Origin: the human T2T-CHM13v2.0 reference genome, Homo sapiens
NCBI RefSeq assembly: GCF_009914755.1
Contig: NC_060947.1
Reading direction: 5' to 3' (one strand)
DNA length: 64,000 nucleotides
The notes beneath the pieces were generated by a model that was given only the letters and a program-made list of their open reading frames with translations, was not told the origin of the DNA and searched no databases. This document shows positions 1 through 11,352 of the stretch, one piece after another (within the stretch, counting starts at the first letter, position 1; each line of letters begins with the position of its first letter). The translations under genes were made by a program, and so were the position numbers.

Positions 1-554
1 TCAGCCTTTCCTACTGATAGTGTGCTTATAAGACCAGAACTGAGGTTCAAACAAGAAGAACCAGAGACAGAAGTGGCCCCAGGCTAATGGCACAAAATTG
101 CTCTATTGCAGAGATGCATGGACAAGTGCACCTGGCCATAGCTGTAGCTTGCCAGTAAACTTACTGAATAGTCATGGGTTTTATCTGCATTTCTAGGTAG
201 AGCACATGTGGGGCCTGAATGGAACCTATACTTCCCAATGGATGATCAAGTTAGGAAATGACATAGCTGTCAGCTATGTGTAATGATTATGACTTGGTCC
301 TTCTATTCCTTTCTGTCTCTGTTGTTATTTCCCCCATTATATATTGCATTTATTCCATCCTTAACATATCTCATAGGTTACTCATTACTCTATCGTTAAC
401 ACATCTTTGGAATTCTGCCTGTGTCTCTCAAGTGATTTGCTTACTCATTATCTGAAGTTAACATAGTCATAAGAGTTTTGTTACCATCTTCAAGCTATGA
501 CTATTGGCTTGACACTTCTAGTGAGTTTCAGTCATCTCATTTGTTTGGCTGTAG

Positions 555-625
555 TACCCCTACTGGATGACTGAACCTATCTAAACTTAAATTTCCACAT
601 CTGTAAAATGAAGTAGAGGTAGGAA
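555..625 (+). mobile_element. MIR SINE core fragment
   Basis: aaatttccacatctgtaaaatg resembles the MIR core (agtttcctcatctgtaaaatg); short and degenerate. Confidence 0.45.
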
Positions 626-759
626 ATTCTGGAGACTCAAACATTTTGTCAACTGAGGAATGAGACCTGTGATGAGTCTATCATTTTGCTGAATGTGTTA
701 AATGTATTTTTTGCAGATTATTTATGAATTGTTCAAATTGTATATTTGTACTAAATAAT

Positions 760-985
760 GACTCATCTACTCAATTCTTGTATTTGTTCAACAAATAGTA
801 TAGAATGTTTTCTCTATATTAGACAGAGTACTAGGTACCAAGGACATATTAGTAAAGACAGCGTACATGGATCATAGTTTCATGTTCTTTTGGAATTTAG
901 ATTCTATTAGAAGAGACAGACAATACATCACCAATTAGATAACCCCCTTTTTAATTATAATTATGATAAATGCCATGAAATAGAA
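760..985 (-). mobile_element. L2 LINE 3' end fragment
   Basis: ttgttcaacaaatag...gtactaggtaccaaggacata...agacagacaat resembles the antisense L2 3' terminus. Confidence 0.6.
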
Positions 986-3302
986 TATATACATTCAGCT
1001 GGGCTTCTGAAAATCTACAGACCAAACACTATGCAAACCAACAAGATATAGAATTATCGATACATTCTTAGCCTTCTTGAAGTGATTAACATACCTTATA
1101 CCTATATCGTTTTTTTTACCACTTTGTCTCACAGTGGAAGAATATCATGCTGTGTTATTTCTACTTTGTTACTCTCAACAGCACAATGACTGTCAATGCT
1201 ATTAACTGGTTCCATAGAAACTTTACTGCTGCCTATAGTAGCAGAGTGAATTATTGACGGGGTTAATCTTCTCCCAAATAATTTAGCCTTTCTGCAATTT
1301 ACAGCAATAAGTTTCTCAAGTGTGTATTTACTACAAAACCGTCCATTTTTGGCTTCTATAAAAGCTGTAGGAGACATTTGTTACCTTGTCCTGTCACACT
1401 ATATAGTGTTAAATATAATAGCGATGGTTTAATGTCATAAAACATAGTGGGGAAGACTACTGAGACTTGAATATAATCAATTTGCTCCAATTCTAGTTTA
1501 GGTGAAAATTTATTGCTAAATTGCCTTTTTAAGAACTGCTTTGGTTATTTAATATTGATCTCAAAATGATTAAGAAATGGAACACTATTGATTTTTAAAT
1601 GAAAAAAGTCCTTGTAATGAGAGTAAGAACCAGATTGCAAAAATTTTAGGTGATAGAAGTAGATTTTAATAGTCTCCATTAGTTGCTAGAGTTGAATTTG
1701 CAAGCTATATAGTTCTTTTGCTTAGGTTGGAAAGTCTAACAAGGTAAAAAAACGTCCAGTTTGTTAACTGTAGAACAAAAGACACGTATATAAATGTTGA
1801 TATACTAAAAAATCATGAAATAGAGCTATATTTCACTATGGCCAGCAAGGATTTAGATCTAAAGTCACTACCTCATCACTAAATCTTAGAAAGCTTCTTG
1901 GGCCTGGTGGCAGGCATACAATAACTCGTGTTAATTGTTGTTTCCTGAATTATTTTCTGGTCATGCCCCTGTCCTGATTTTCCTTGAGCTACAGTTGCCC
2001 ACATAGTCCTTGATGTTTTAAAGTCATTTCATATCACCTAGGAAGTAAGATCAAATAACAAATTGTGACAGATATCTTTTTGATTCGGGATGAAAAATAA
2101 TTTTCTAGAGGACAAATTTATTTCATCAATAAAGCAATTAAACTGTTTCAGATGAAAATCTTTGTAGAAGTTTCCTTGCCTTTCTTTTCTCAAAGAAGTA
2201 GGTTTTCAGGATCATTTTTGGCACTTCTGCTCTATTTCAGATAAAGGCCCTCTTCATAAGGAGCACGTTTGTACAACATTCCAAACAACTGTGCTTATCT
2301 ATTTCCCCTATAAAAGCCTCTTCACTCCATGACTAAGAACTCTTGAATGGGCTATTGTGTTCTACTTTTATTTTTGCCTTACATAAATTTTGGTTTCACT
2401 CCTTTGGAACGAGTACATGAATGTTTTCTCTTCATTCTTACCTATCATCCTCTCTCCCCCAGCTGTCATTTAGGGCTAGATTTTTAAAAAACATTCCAGT
2501 GCTACTCAATTACACAATTTCTTATCCTTGACCAGACTCTTAACTTATAACAAGTTCCACAACCACCATAGAAATGAAAAGAAAAGAAACCTATATAAAA
2601 ATTCTTCTCATCATTTTATAATTCAATTCCCATTCCTTTATATGATTTCTGTAACACTTGCTGAATTCTAAAAGTAATTTTTTTTCCAAAGAAGCCATTG
2701 GTTTAAAACAAATCTTTGTTTGCTATACACTCCTAAATTTTAATACCAGTGGTAAACTCCACCAGTAGCAATTTAATTTAAATTTAAAATGATGACTTTT
2801 CTTGAGTTACCTCATTTCTGTACAGGTATATGCATTAATATACCATCTATATTCAGCTTACTTTATATAGATGGGTGACTATAAATAAGGTAAAGATAGA
2901 AGCTCAGAAAAGAAAGTCAAAATAAAATGACAATTTTATAATCCAATTTTGCTTAATTTACACAAAGGTCTGAATTCAATCTTCACCTTCTACCTGAGGT
3001 AAACAGTATTTACATCAAACCTTTGAATCATGTGCTGTGTTAGCTATAAAGGGTTTGAAAGAGAAAGAAAGGTAAATAGACTGCAGGCTTTGTTTTCTCT
3101 GCAACACATTCAATGTTCCAGTTTCAGAGGACAACAGCAGTAGTAATCTCCGCAATTGGTAATTAACATTTCATCACCAGGTCTCACATCTTAGCCATCC
3201 ATTATTATACAAATAGTGTGCTTTTGGCTTAGTTTTTATTCTTAAGTGTTTTAAGTTAGAAAGCAAAGTACATCTGACCTTATTCAAAAGTATTTGAAGA
3301 GG

Positions 3303-6300
3303 AAAGAGGTGGAACAAGATGGCTGAACAGAACCTTGCAGTGATTGTCTCCCCTGCAGGAACACCAAATTGAAGAACTATCACCACAAAAAACTATCACC
3401 ACACAAAAAAAAAACACCTTCGTAAGAACCAAATATCAGGTAAGTGATGACAATACCTGGTTTTAATATTATATCAAGGAAAGAGGCACTGAAGAAGGTA
3501 GGAAAGACATTATTGAATTGCCTACATTGCTCCTCTACCATCCCCTGGCAGTAGCCTTGAGGCATGGAAAGCAAATCTGTGCACTTGTGGGAAGGAAAGT
3601 GTAGTGATTGTGGGACTTTGCATTGGAACTCAATGCTGCTCTGCCACAGCAGAAAGCAACATGGGGCAAAACTCAGCCACAGCTCACAAAGCAAACATTT
3701 AGACCAGCCCTAGCCAGAAGAGAATCATCCATCCTGGTAACTGGAACCTGAGCTCTGGCAAGCCTCACCACCATGGACTACAGTGCTCTCGGCCTCTGAA
3801 TAAACTTGAAAGGCAGTCCAACCTACAAGGCCTGCAATTCCTGAGCAAGTCCTGGTACTGTGCTGGACTCAGAGCCAGTGGACTTAGGGTACAGATGACC
3901 TGCTGAGATACCAGCTGGACCACCAAGAGAGTGCTTGCATTACACCTACCCCAATCCCAGACAGCTCTGGGAGAGACTCTTTCTTTCCATTTGAGGAGAG
4001 AAGAGTAAAGAGTAAAGAGGACTTTCTCTTGCAACTTGGATACCAGCTCAGCCACAGTAGGATAGGGCACCAGGCAGATTCCCGAGGTCCCCATTCCAAT
4101 CCCTAGCTCCTTGACAACATTTCTAGATACACCATGGGCCAGAAGGGAACCTGCTGCCTTGAAGGGAAGGACCCAGTCCTGGCAGAATTCATCGCTTGCT
4201 GAATAAAGAGCCCTTGGGCCCTGAGGAAACATCAGTGGTAGCCAGGCAGTATTCACTGTGGGCCTTGGGTGAGACCCAAAGCCTTGCTGGCATCAAGTGT
4301 GACCCAGCACATTCCCAGCTATGGTGGCCACAGGGTGACATGCCTTTTTTTTTTTGAGGAAAAAAGAGGGAAGAGTAAAAGGGACTTTGTCTTGCAGCTT
4401 GTGTACCATCTTGGGTGCAGATGGGTAGAGCACCAAGCAGGCCCCTGGGGTCCCCGATTCTAGGCCTTGGCTCCTGGACAGTATTTCTGGACCTTTCCTG
4501 GGCTAGAGAGGAGCCCAATGCCCTGAAGGGAGAGACCCAGACCTGGTGGCATTCACCACAGGCTGACTGAAGAGCCCTTGGGACTTGAATGAACATTGAT
4601 GGTAGCCAGGCAGTACTTGCCATGGGCATGGGGTGGTGGTAGCCACGGGAGGAAAATCCTTCTGCTTGAGGAAAGGAGAGGAAAGACTGGGAAGGACCTT
4701 GTCTTGAAGCTTATGTGCCACTTCAGCCACAGTGGAGTGGAATAGAGCACCAAGTAGTCCTAAGGTCCTTAACTCCAGGCCCTGGCTTCCAGATGGCATC
4801 TCTGGTCTCCCCCTTGGCCCAAGGGAAGCTCACCATCCTGAAGGAAAGAACACAAACCTGGCTAGCTTTGCCACCTATGGACTGTACAGCCCTTGGGCCT
4901 GGAGAGAACATCAGTGGTAGCCAGGCAGTAGTTACCATGGGCCTTGGGCAAGACCTAGTACTGTGCTGGTTTGGGGTCTAACCCAGAGCAGTCCCAGTGG
5001 TGGTGGCCACGGGGGTGCTTGGGTCACCCCACCCTAGGTCCAGGAGGCTCACCACAGAGAAAGAATCCATTTGTTTGGGAAAAAGTGAGAGAACAAGAGT
5101 ATCTACCTGGTAATCCAGAGAATTATTCCAGATCTTATCCAAGACCACCAAGGTGGTACCTCCATGAGTCTGCAAGAACCACAGCATCACTGGGCTTGGG
5201 GTGACCCTAATGCAAATTTGGCTTAGATCACAACACCCAAGCACCTTCTAATACCTGGAAAGTCTTCCAAAGAAGAATGAGTACAAACAAGCCCAGACTC
5301 AAAAGACCAAAATAAATACCTAACTCTTCAATGCCCAGACAACAAACATGCACAAACATTAAGACCAACCAGGAAGCCCTCACTAAATAAACTAAATAAG
5401 GTACCAGAGACTAATGCCAGAGTGACAGAGATATGCAACCTTTCAGACAGAGAATTCAAAATAGCTGTGTTGAGGAAGCTCAATGAAAATCAAGAGAACA
5501 CAGACAAAACAAATTCAGAATCCTGTCAGATAAATTTAATGAAGAGATTTGAAATAATTAAAAAGAATCAAGCGAAATTCTGGAGCTGAAAAATTCAACT
5601 TACCTACTGAAGACGGCATCGGGATCTCTCAACAAAATTATTGATCAAGCAGAAGAAAGAATTAGAGAGCTTGAAGACAGGCTATTTAAAAATACACAGT
5701 CAGAGGAGACACAAGAAAAAAGAATAGAAAAGAGTGAAACATGCCTACAAGATCTAGAAAATAGACTCAAAAGGGCAAATCTAAGAGTTATTGGCCTTAA
5801 AGAGGAGGTAAAGAAAGAGATAGGAGTAGAAAGTTTATTCAAAGGGATAACAAAAGAGAACTTCCCAAACCTAGAGAAAGATATCAATATACAAATACAA
5901 GAAGGTTATATAACACCAAGTAGATTTAACCCAAAGAAGATCACCTCCAGGCATTTAATAATCGAACTTCCAAAGGTCAACAGTAAAGGATCCTAAGAGC
6001 AGCAACAGAAAATAAATGAATAACATAAAATAGAGCTCCAATACATCTGGCAATTGTCTTCTCAGTGGCAACCTTATAGGCCAGAAGAGAGTGGCATGAT
6101 ATATTTAAAGTGCTGAAGGAAAGTAAACTCTTACCCTAGAATAGTATATCTGGTGAAAATATCCTTCAAACATGCAGGAGCTCCAATACGTCTGGCAGCA
6201 AACTTTTTAGTGGAAATCTTGCAGGCCAGGAGAGAGTAGCATGACATATTTAAAGTGCTGAAGGAGAAAAGCTTTTATCCTAGAATAGTATATTCAGTGA

Positions 6301-6851
6301 AAATATTCTTCAGACATGAAGAAGAAATAAAGACTTTCTCAGACAAGCAAAAGCTGAGGGATATCATCAGCACTAGGCCTGTCCTACAAGAAATGCTAAA
6401 GGGAGTTCTTCAATCTGAAAGAAAATGACTTTAATGGGCAATAAGAAGTCACCTAAAGGTACAAAACTCACTCACTAGAAATGGTATGAACACACACACA
6501 CAAAAAAAACCACAAAATATTATAACACTGTAATTGTGGCATATAAACTACTCATATCTTGAGTATAAAGACTAAAAGATGAGCCTATCAAAAATAATAA
6601 TTACAGCAACTTTTCAAGACATAGTATAGTAAGATATAAATGGAAACAACAAAAAGTTAAAACACAGGGGAATGAAGTTAAGTGTAGAGTTTTCTCTTTG
6701 CTTGTTTGTTTCTGTAATCAGGGTTAAGCCATCATCAGTTAAAATGAGATATTATTGGCAAGCCTCATGGTAATCTCAAATTAGAAAACCTACAATAAAT
6801 ACACAAAAAATTAAAAGCAAGAAATTAAAACATACCACCTGAGAAAATCAC
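3303..6851 (+). mobile_element. L1M1-type LINE-1 (L1MA lineage), 5'UTR + ORF1 + inter-ORF only, 3'-truncated
   Basis: Starts gaggtggaacaagatggctgaa (L1 5' end with YY1-type motif). It has a repeated GC-richer 5'UTR and an ORF1 remnant, and ends in the inter-ORF region. Perfect 15 bp TSD aagtatttgaagagg at 3288-3302 and 6852-6866. Confidence 0.9.
5332..6435 (+). pseudogene. Disrupted L1 ORF1p remnant
   Basis: Recognisable ORF1 motifs (gaagaaagaattagagagcttgaagac; aatctaagagttattggcctt; cctgtcctacaagaaatgctaaagggag) with stops and frameshifts, and no long + ORF in the track. Confidence 0.75.
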
Positions 6852-7863
6852 AAGTATTTGAAGAGGTACTTTATTATTTGAGGTTTCATATCTTATTGTC
6901 ACTTTTTGTGGTTTATATTTATTAGCAAATTCCTGTAGCTCTAAGTCCTAGGCTGTATTCGTATGCCTAATATCATTCCATTCACATTATGTTCAATAAG
7001 CACTAGTTTAAAATTTCAATAGCGATGATGATGAATATAATTCTAAGTGATGGCTGATGTAATAGCAATCATTTTACTTCTTTAATATTCCCTTCTTTGA
7101 GCCCCCTTCTTTATCACCATATGTTACAGTGAAACCTTTCCAAGTTAGTATGGCATTACACATTTTATTAAGTGGATTCTGAGTTAAAGGACACACTGAT
7201 AAAAGATTGCAGATGAGAGGAATCATAACAAAGACAGGAGATTATTTAAATGAGTGTTATGATTAGGAAGTACATCGATAAGGACATCAGAATTTGAGAG
7301 ATAGGAGGTCAACAAAACCTACTATAGAAACGTTATCCATTTGAAGAACAGGAAGCTTTTTTTGATTTTAATGATTATTATAGAGTAAGAATCTCAAAGA
7401 GTTGGAAGGGAAGAAATCTAAGCAATTCTCATTTTCATCCTATTGTCTCTCAAGGGCATGAGAAATATAGCAGTATCTGAAGCCAGGGTTCAGAGAAGAT
7501 ATTAATCAGTCCCTGAAGCTGCTACTCCCAGATCCAGGTAACTGGAGGCCCAGCAGGTCAGCCCAGCACTCTGAGGCCCAACATCGCCACTGTAGAGAAT
7601 GGCTGTGCTCCAAATCATTCTCACCATTGTGAGAATCATTCCACCTTTTTCCTGTGGAATCATTATTTTTTGTTTGTATGTTTCACTCAGATAAAATGTT
7701 TTACTTCATGGGAGGGCATTTTGCCTGGGACTGATTCATGATCAGTGAGAATGGCAGTGATTTCTGTGTTTTGGAAACTCAGACAAGAGTCAAATGCTTT
7801 CAAATTCCAGAGAATCATATTTTTCTCTTCTTTTTATGGTACCTAATCACAACTTCTGGATAA

Positions 7864-7878
7864 GTGTGTGTGTGTGTG
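7864..7878. repeat. (TG)n microsatellite
   Basis: Read directly. Confidence 0.9.
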
Positions 7879-7949
7879 CAGTGGTGGGCAGTTTGAACTT
7901 GTGAGAGAAGAAAAGAGTGTAGGGAAGTGAGGAAAGAAGCCTCAAGTAC

Positions 7950-8235
7950 ATGCTGTTGGTGTACCACCTATTATTCCTTCAAAGCCTCTTAGTGCTGAAT
8001 TTTTAACTGCCAGCACCTGAATTTCTTTGCCCGAGAAATTTCTCGCATCTTCAGAGACTGCTTTGTTCACCTTTAGAAAAAACTTCAAGTGCCCTGGAGT
8101 CATCCTCACCCCTACCACCTGCTAGATATATGTCCTTCTATGACAAATAGGAGTTGGACCAGTTCCTCAGGTAGAATACCTCTGAGCTGTCCATTCTACA
8201 CCATCTCCTGGAGTTTCTAGTGGCCTTATCCTTCA
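7950..8235 (+). mobile_element. LTR16C-like ERVL LTR fragment
   Basis: aactgccagcacctgaatttctttgcc and ttctacaccatctcctggagttt match recalled LTR16 motifs. Confidence 0.6.
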
Positions 8236-8239
8236 GTTT

Positions 8240-8904
8240 TATGAAAGTTTTTGTCTATGTAATAGCATAATAAGATAGATAACCAAAATAACAGGGAAAA
8301 CTTTCAGAAAGGTAAGAAATAACTATTATCTGCAAATACATACTTAACAACCCAAGAAAATCAACTGAAAACCTTTTAGAATTAAAGAGTTCCATAAAAT
8401 GTCAGGATAAAGATAAATACGCAGAAATAAATCACTTGCATGCCTACCAGAAAATGCTATTAAAGTTAAAAGATTAAATCAATAATAGCATCAAATATTA
8501 TAAAATCTAAAAGACACAAGTCTAACAAGAAAATGCAGAGTCTCTGTGCATAAGACTGAAAATTTATCAAAAAGGAGAAAATATTTGGAGAAAAATGGCA
8601 TAATATACCATATAGCTGAAAGAGAAAATTCTTTAGAGATTGCATTCCTTACCAAATTTATTTAAAGTTTTAACACAATTTCATTCAAAATTCCTGTCTT
8701 TGTAAATTGACACAATTATTTTAAAGTTTAGCTAAAAGAGCAAATACACAATAACAATTGAAATAATGTAAGAAAATCACCAAGGTTTCAAAACTTACTA
8801 TAAAGCTACAGTAATCAAGGCAATACTGGCAAAAGGATAGACACAAAGATTAATGGACTAGAATAGAAAGCCCAGAAGTAGACACACAAAAATATGGTTA
8901 ATTG
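8240..8904 (+). mobile_element. Old L1M ORF2 fragment (host element, left part)
   Basis: aacccaagaaaatcaactgaaaacc, acttactataaagctacagtaatcaag; stops at atatggttaattg and resumes at 17947. Confidence 0.8.
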
Positions 8905-9126
8905 CAAACACCACATGTTCTCACTCCTAAGTGGGAGTTGAACAGTGAGAACACATGGACACAGGGAGGGGAACATCACACACCAGGGCCTGTTGGGGGG
9001 TCGGGGAATAGAGGAGGGATAGCATTAGGAGAAATAGCTAATGTAGATGACGGGTTGATGGGTGCAGCAAACCACCATGGCACGTGTATACCTATGTAAC
9101 AAGTCTGCACGTTCTGCACATGTATC
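8905..9126 (+). mobile_element. L1PA (about PA7/PA8) 3'UTR fragment without poly(A)
   Basis: catgttctcactc...gggagttgaacagtgagaacacatggacacagggagggg...ctgcacatgtatc; ends shortly before the normal terminus. Confidence 0.9.
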
Positions 9127-11352
9127 AACATTCGGTGTTGTCTCTATTTTTTATTTTAGCCATTATAATAAATGCACAGTGATATGTTATTTTGCATTTT
9201 AGATCATTTGGATAATTTGGTTTTAATTTGCGTTGATGGATGCCGATGTGGAATATCTTTATGTGTTCATTAGCCACCTGTATGCCGTCTGCAGTGAAAT
9301 GTCTCTTCAAGTCTTTTGATCATTTTCTAATTGGAGTTTTTTTAATTTTTACTGTTGAGTTTTATGAGCTCTTTATATATTCTAAATACTAGTCGTTTGT
9401 CATATATGTGGCTTGGAAATATTTTCTCCCAGTCTGTAGCTTGTCTTTCCATCCTGTTCATGTGGACTTTCACAGAACAAAAGTTTTTAATTTTGATGAA
9501 GTCCAGTTTATCAATGTTTTCTCTTATTGGTTGTGCTTTTGGTGTCAAGTGTAAGAACTTTTTGCCTAGCCTTAAATCCTAAGATTTTATCCAGTGTTTT
9601 TTATAAAAGTTTTATAGATTTACATTTTACATTTAAATCCATTGATCTATATTGAGTTAATTTTTGTATAAGATATGAGATTTATGTCGAGGCTTTTGAA
9701 AAGGCTCTCCTTCCTCTATTGAATTGCCTTTGCATCTTCACCAAAAATCAGTTGAGCATATCTGTATGGGTCTATTTCTGTGTGATCTATTCTGTTTCAT
9801 TTATATATTTCTCTCTCCCTTCACCAATATCACATTATCTTGATTAATGTAGCTATATAGTAAGCTTTAGTATATGGTAGAGTGATTCATCCCACTTTAT
9901 TCTTCTTTGTCAAGATTGTTTTATCTATTCTAGGGTGTGCACCTTCCATATAACTTTAGTATAAGCTTGTCTATGTCTACAATAGACTTTGCTGACATTT
10001 TTATAGGGTTTGCGTTAAGCTTATAGATCAATATAGGGAGAATTTACATCTTTGCTCATGTAAATTGATTGATGTTGATTGATGTTGAGTCCTTTAATCA
10101 AAGAACATGGTATATCTCTCCATTTATTTAGGTCTTATTTGATTTACTTTATCAGCATTTTGTAATTTAAAGCATACAGACCCTATATATGTTTTGTTAA
10201 GTGTATACCTAAGAATTTTATTTTCTTTAAGCAACTGTAAATGGTGTATTGTATTTTTAATTTTAGTTTCCTCACAGTCATTGTGAGTATGTGAAATACA
10301 ATTGACTTTTATGTTGATTTTATATCCTGCAACCTTGCTTAATTTGTTTATTAGTTTTAGGAGTCTTCTGGTAGATTCCTGGGGATCTCTACACAGACAA
10401 TCATGTTGTCTGCAAATATCAATAGCTTGTCTTCTTTTCCAGTCTGCATTCCTTTTATTTCTTTTCTTGCATGTTGCAGTGGCTAGATCTTTCAGTGCTA
10501 TGCTGAGTTAAAGTGGTGAGAATAGATAAGTTTGCCTTGTTTCTAATCTTAGGGGAAAAGCAATTAGTCTTTCACCATTAAGTATGATGTTAGCTATAGG
10601 TTTCCTATAGATGCTTTTTATGAAGTTAAGGTAATTTCTCCCTATTTCTAACTTGCTGAGAATTTTTGTCATGAATGTGGATTTTTTTTCAAATAATTTC
10701 CTGTGTCAATTGGCATGATTATTCTTATTTAGCCTGTTGATATGGTGGATTCCACTGACTGATTTTTATTATTGAACCAGCTTTATATACCTGCAATAAA
10801 TCCCATTTGGTCATAGTATAGATTCTTTTTATGAATTGTTGGATTTTATTTGTTTTAATATTTTGTTGAGGCTTTTCGCATCTAAGTTTATGAGATATAT
10901 TGGTCTACAGATTACTTCTTTTGCATTATCATTGTCTGGTTTTGGTAGTAGTGTAACACTGTTCTCATAAAATGAGTTTGGAATGAGTTAGGACATGTTC
11001 CGCCTTTTCTATTTTCAGGAAGAGATTGTGTAAAATTAGTGTTGATTCTTATTTATATGTTTGGTAAAAATCTCTAGTAAAACCATCTTTGCTTAGAGAG
11101 CTCTCTTTCTGGAGCTTTTTAATTATAAGCTTAATTTCTTTAATGGTTATAAGGCTACTCAGCTGATCTGTTTCATCTTGGTCGTTTTGGTGATTTGTGA
11201 TCTTCAAAAAATTAATCCATTTGTTGTAAAATGTATAAGTATAAAGTTATGCATAGAGTTTTCTTTTAATGGCTAAAAGCTATGTGGTGTTAGCTCCTGT
11301 TACATCCTTGATTTTGGTGATTTGCATTTTCTCTCTTTTTATCATCAGTATT
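9127..11352 (-). mobile_element. L1MC-like ORF2 region
   Basis: T-rich antisense ORF2; track ORF 9342..9548 (IDKLDFIKIKNFCS...WEKIF) is L1 ORF2-like; resumes briefly at 15032. Confidence 0.85.

Noticed and set aside
1-240. Possible old LTR fragment at the window start
   Set aside because: Could not assign a family or boundaries
1110-1377. 82 aa minus ORF and a + strand acceptor-like site (ttttttaccactttgtctcacag)
   Set aside because: No recognisable homology; all + frames stop within about 125 nt and no good donor follows
3980-5000. Three ~330-360 bp degenerate repeats with overlapping ORFs of 100-160 aa
   Set aside because: Intrinsic repeated architecture of the L1M1-type 5'UTR; the ORFs are antisense by-products of GC-richer sequence
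7617-7636. 8 bp hairpin attctcac-catt-gtgagaat
   Set aside because: Expected by chance in 64 kb
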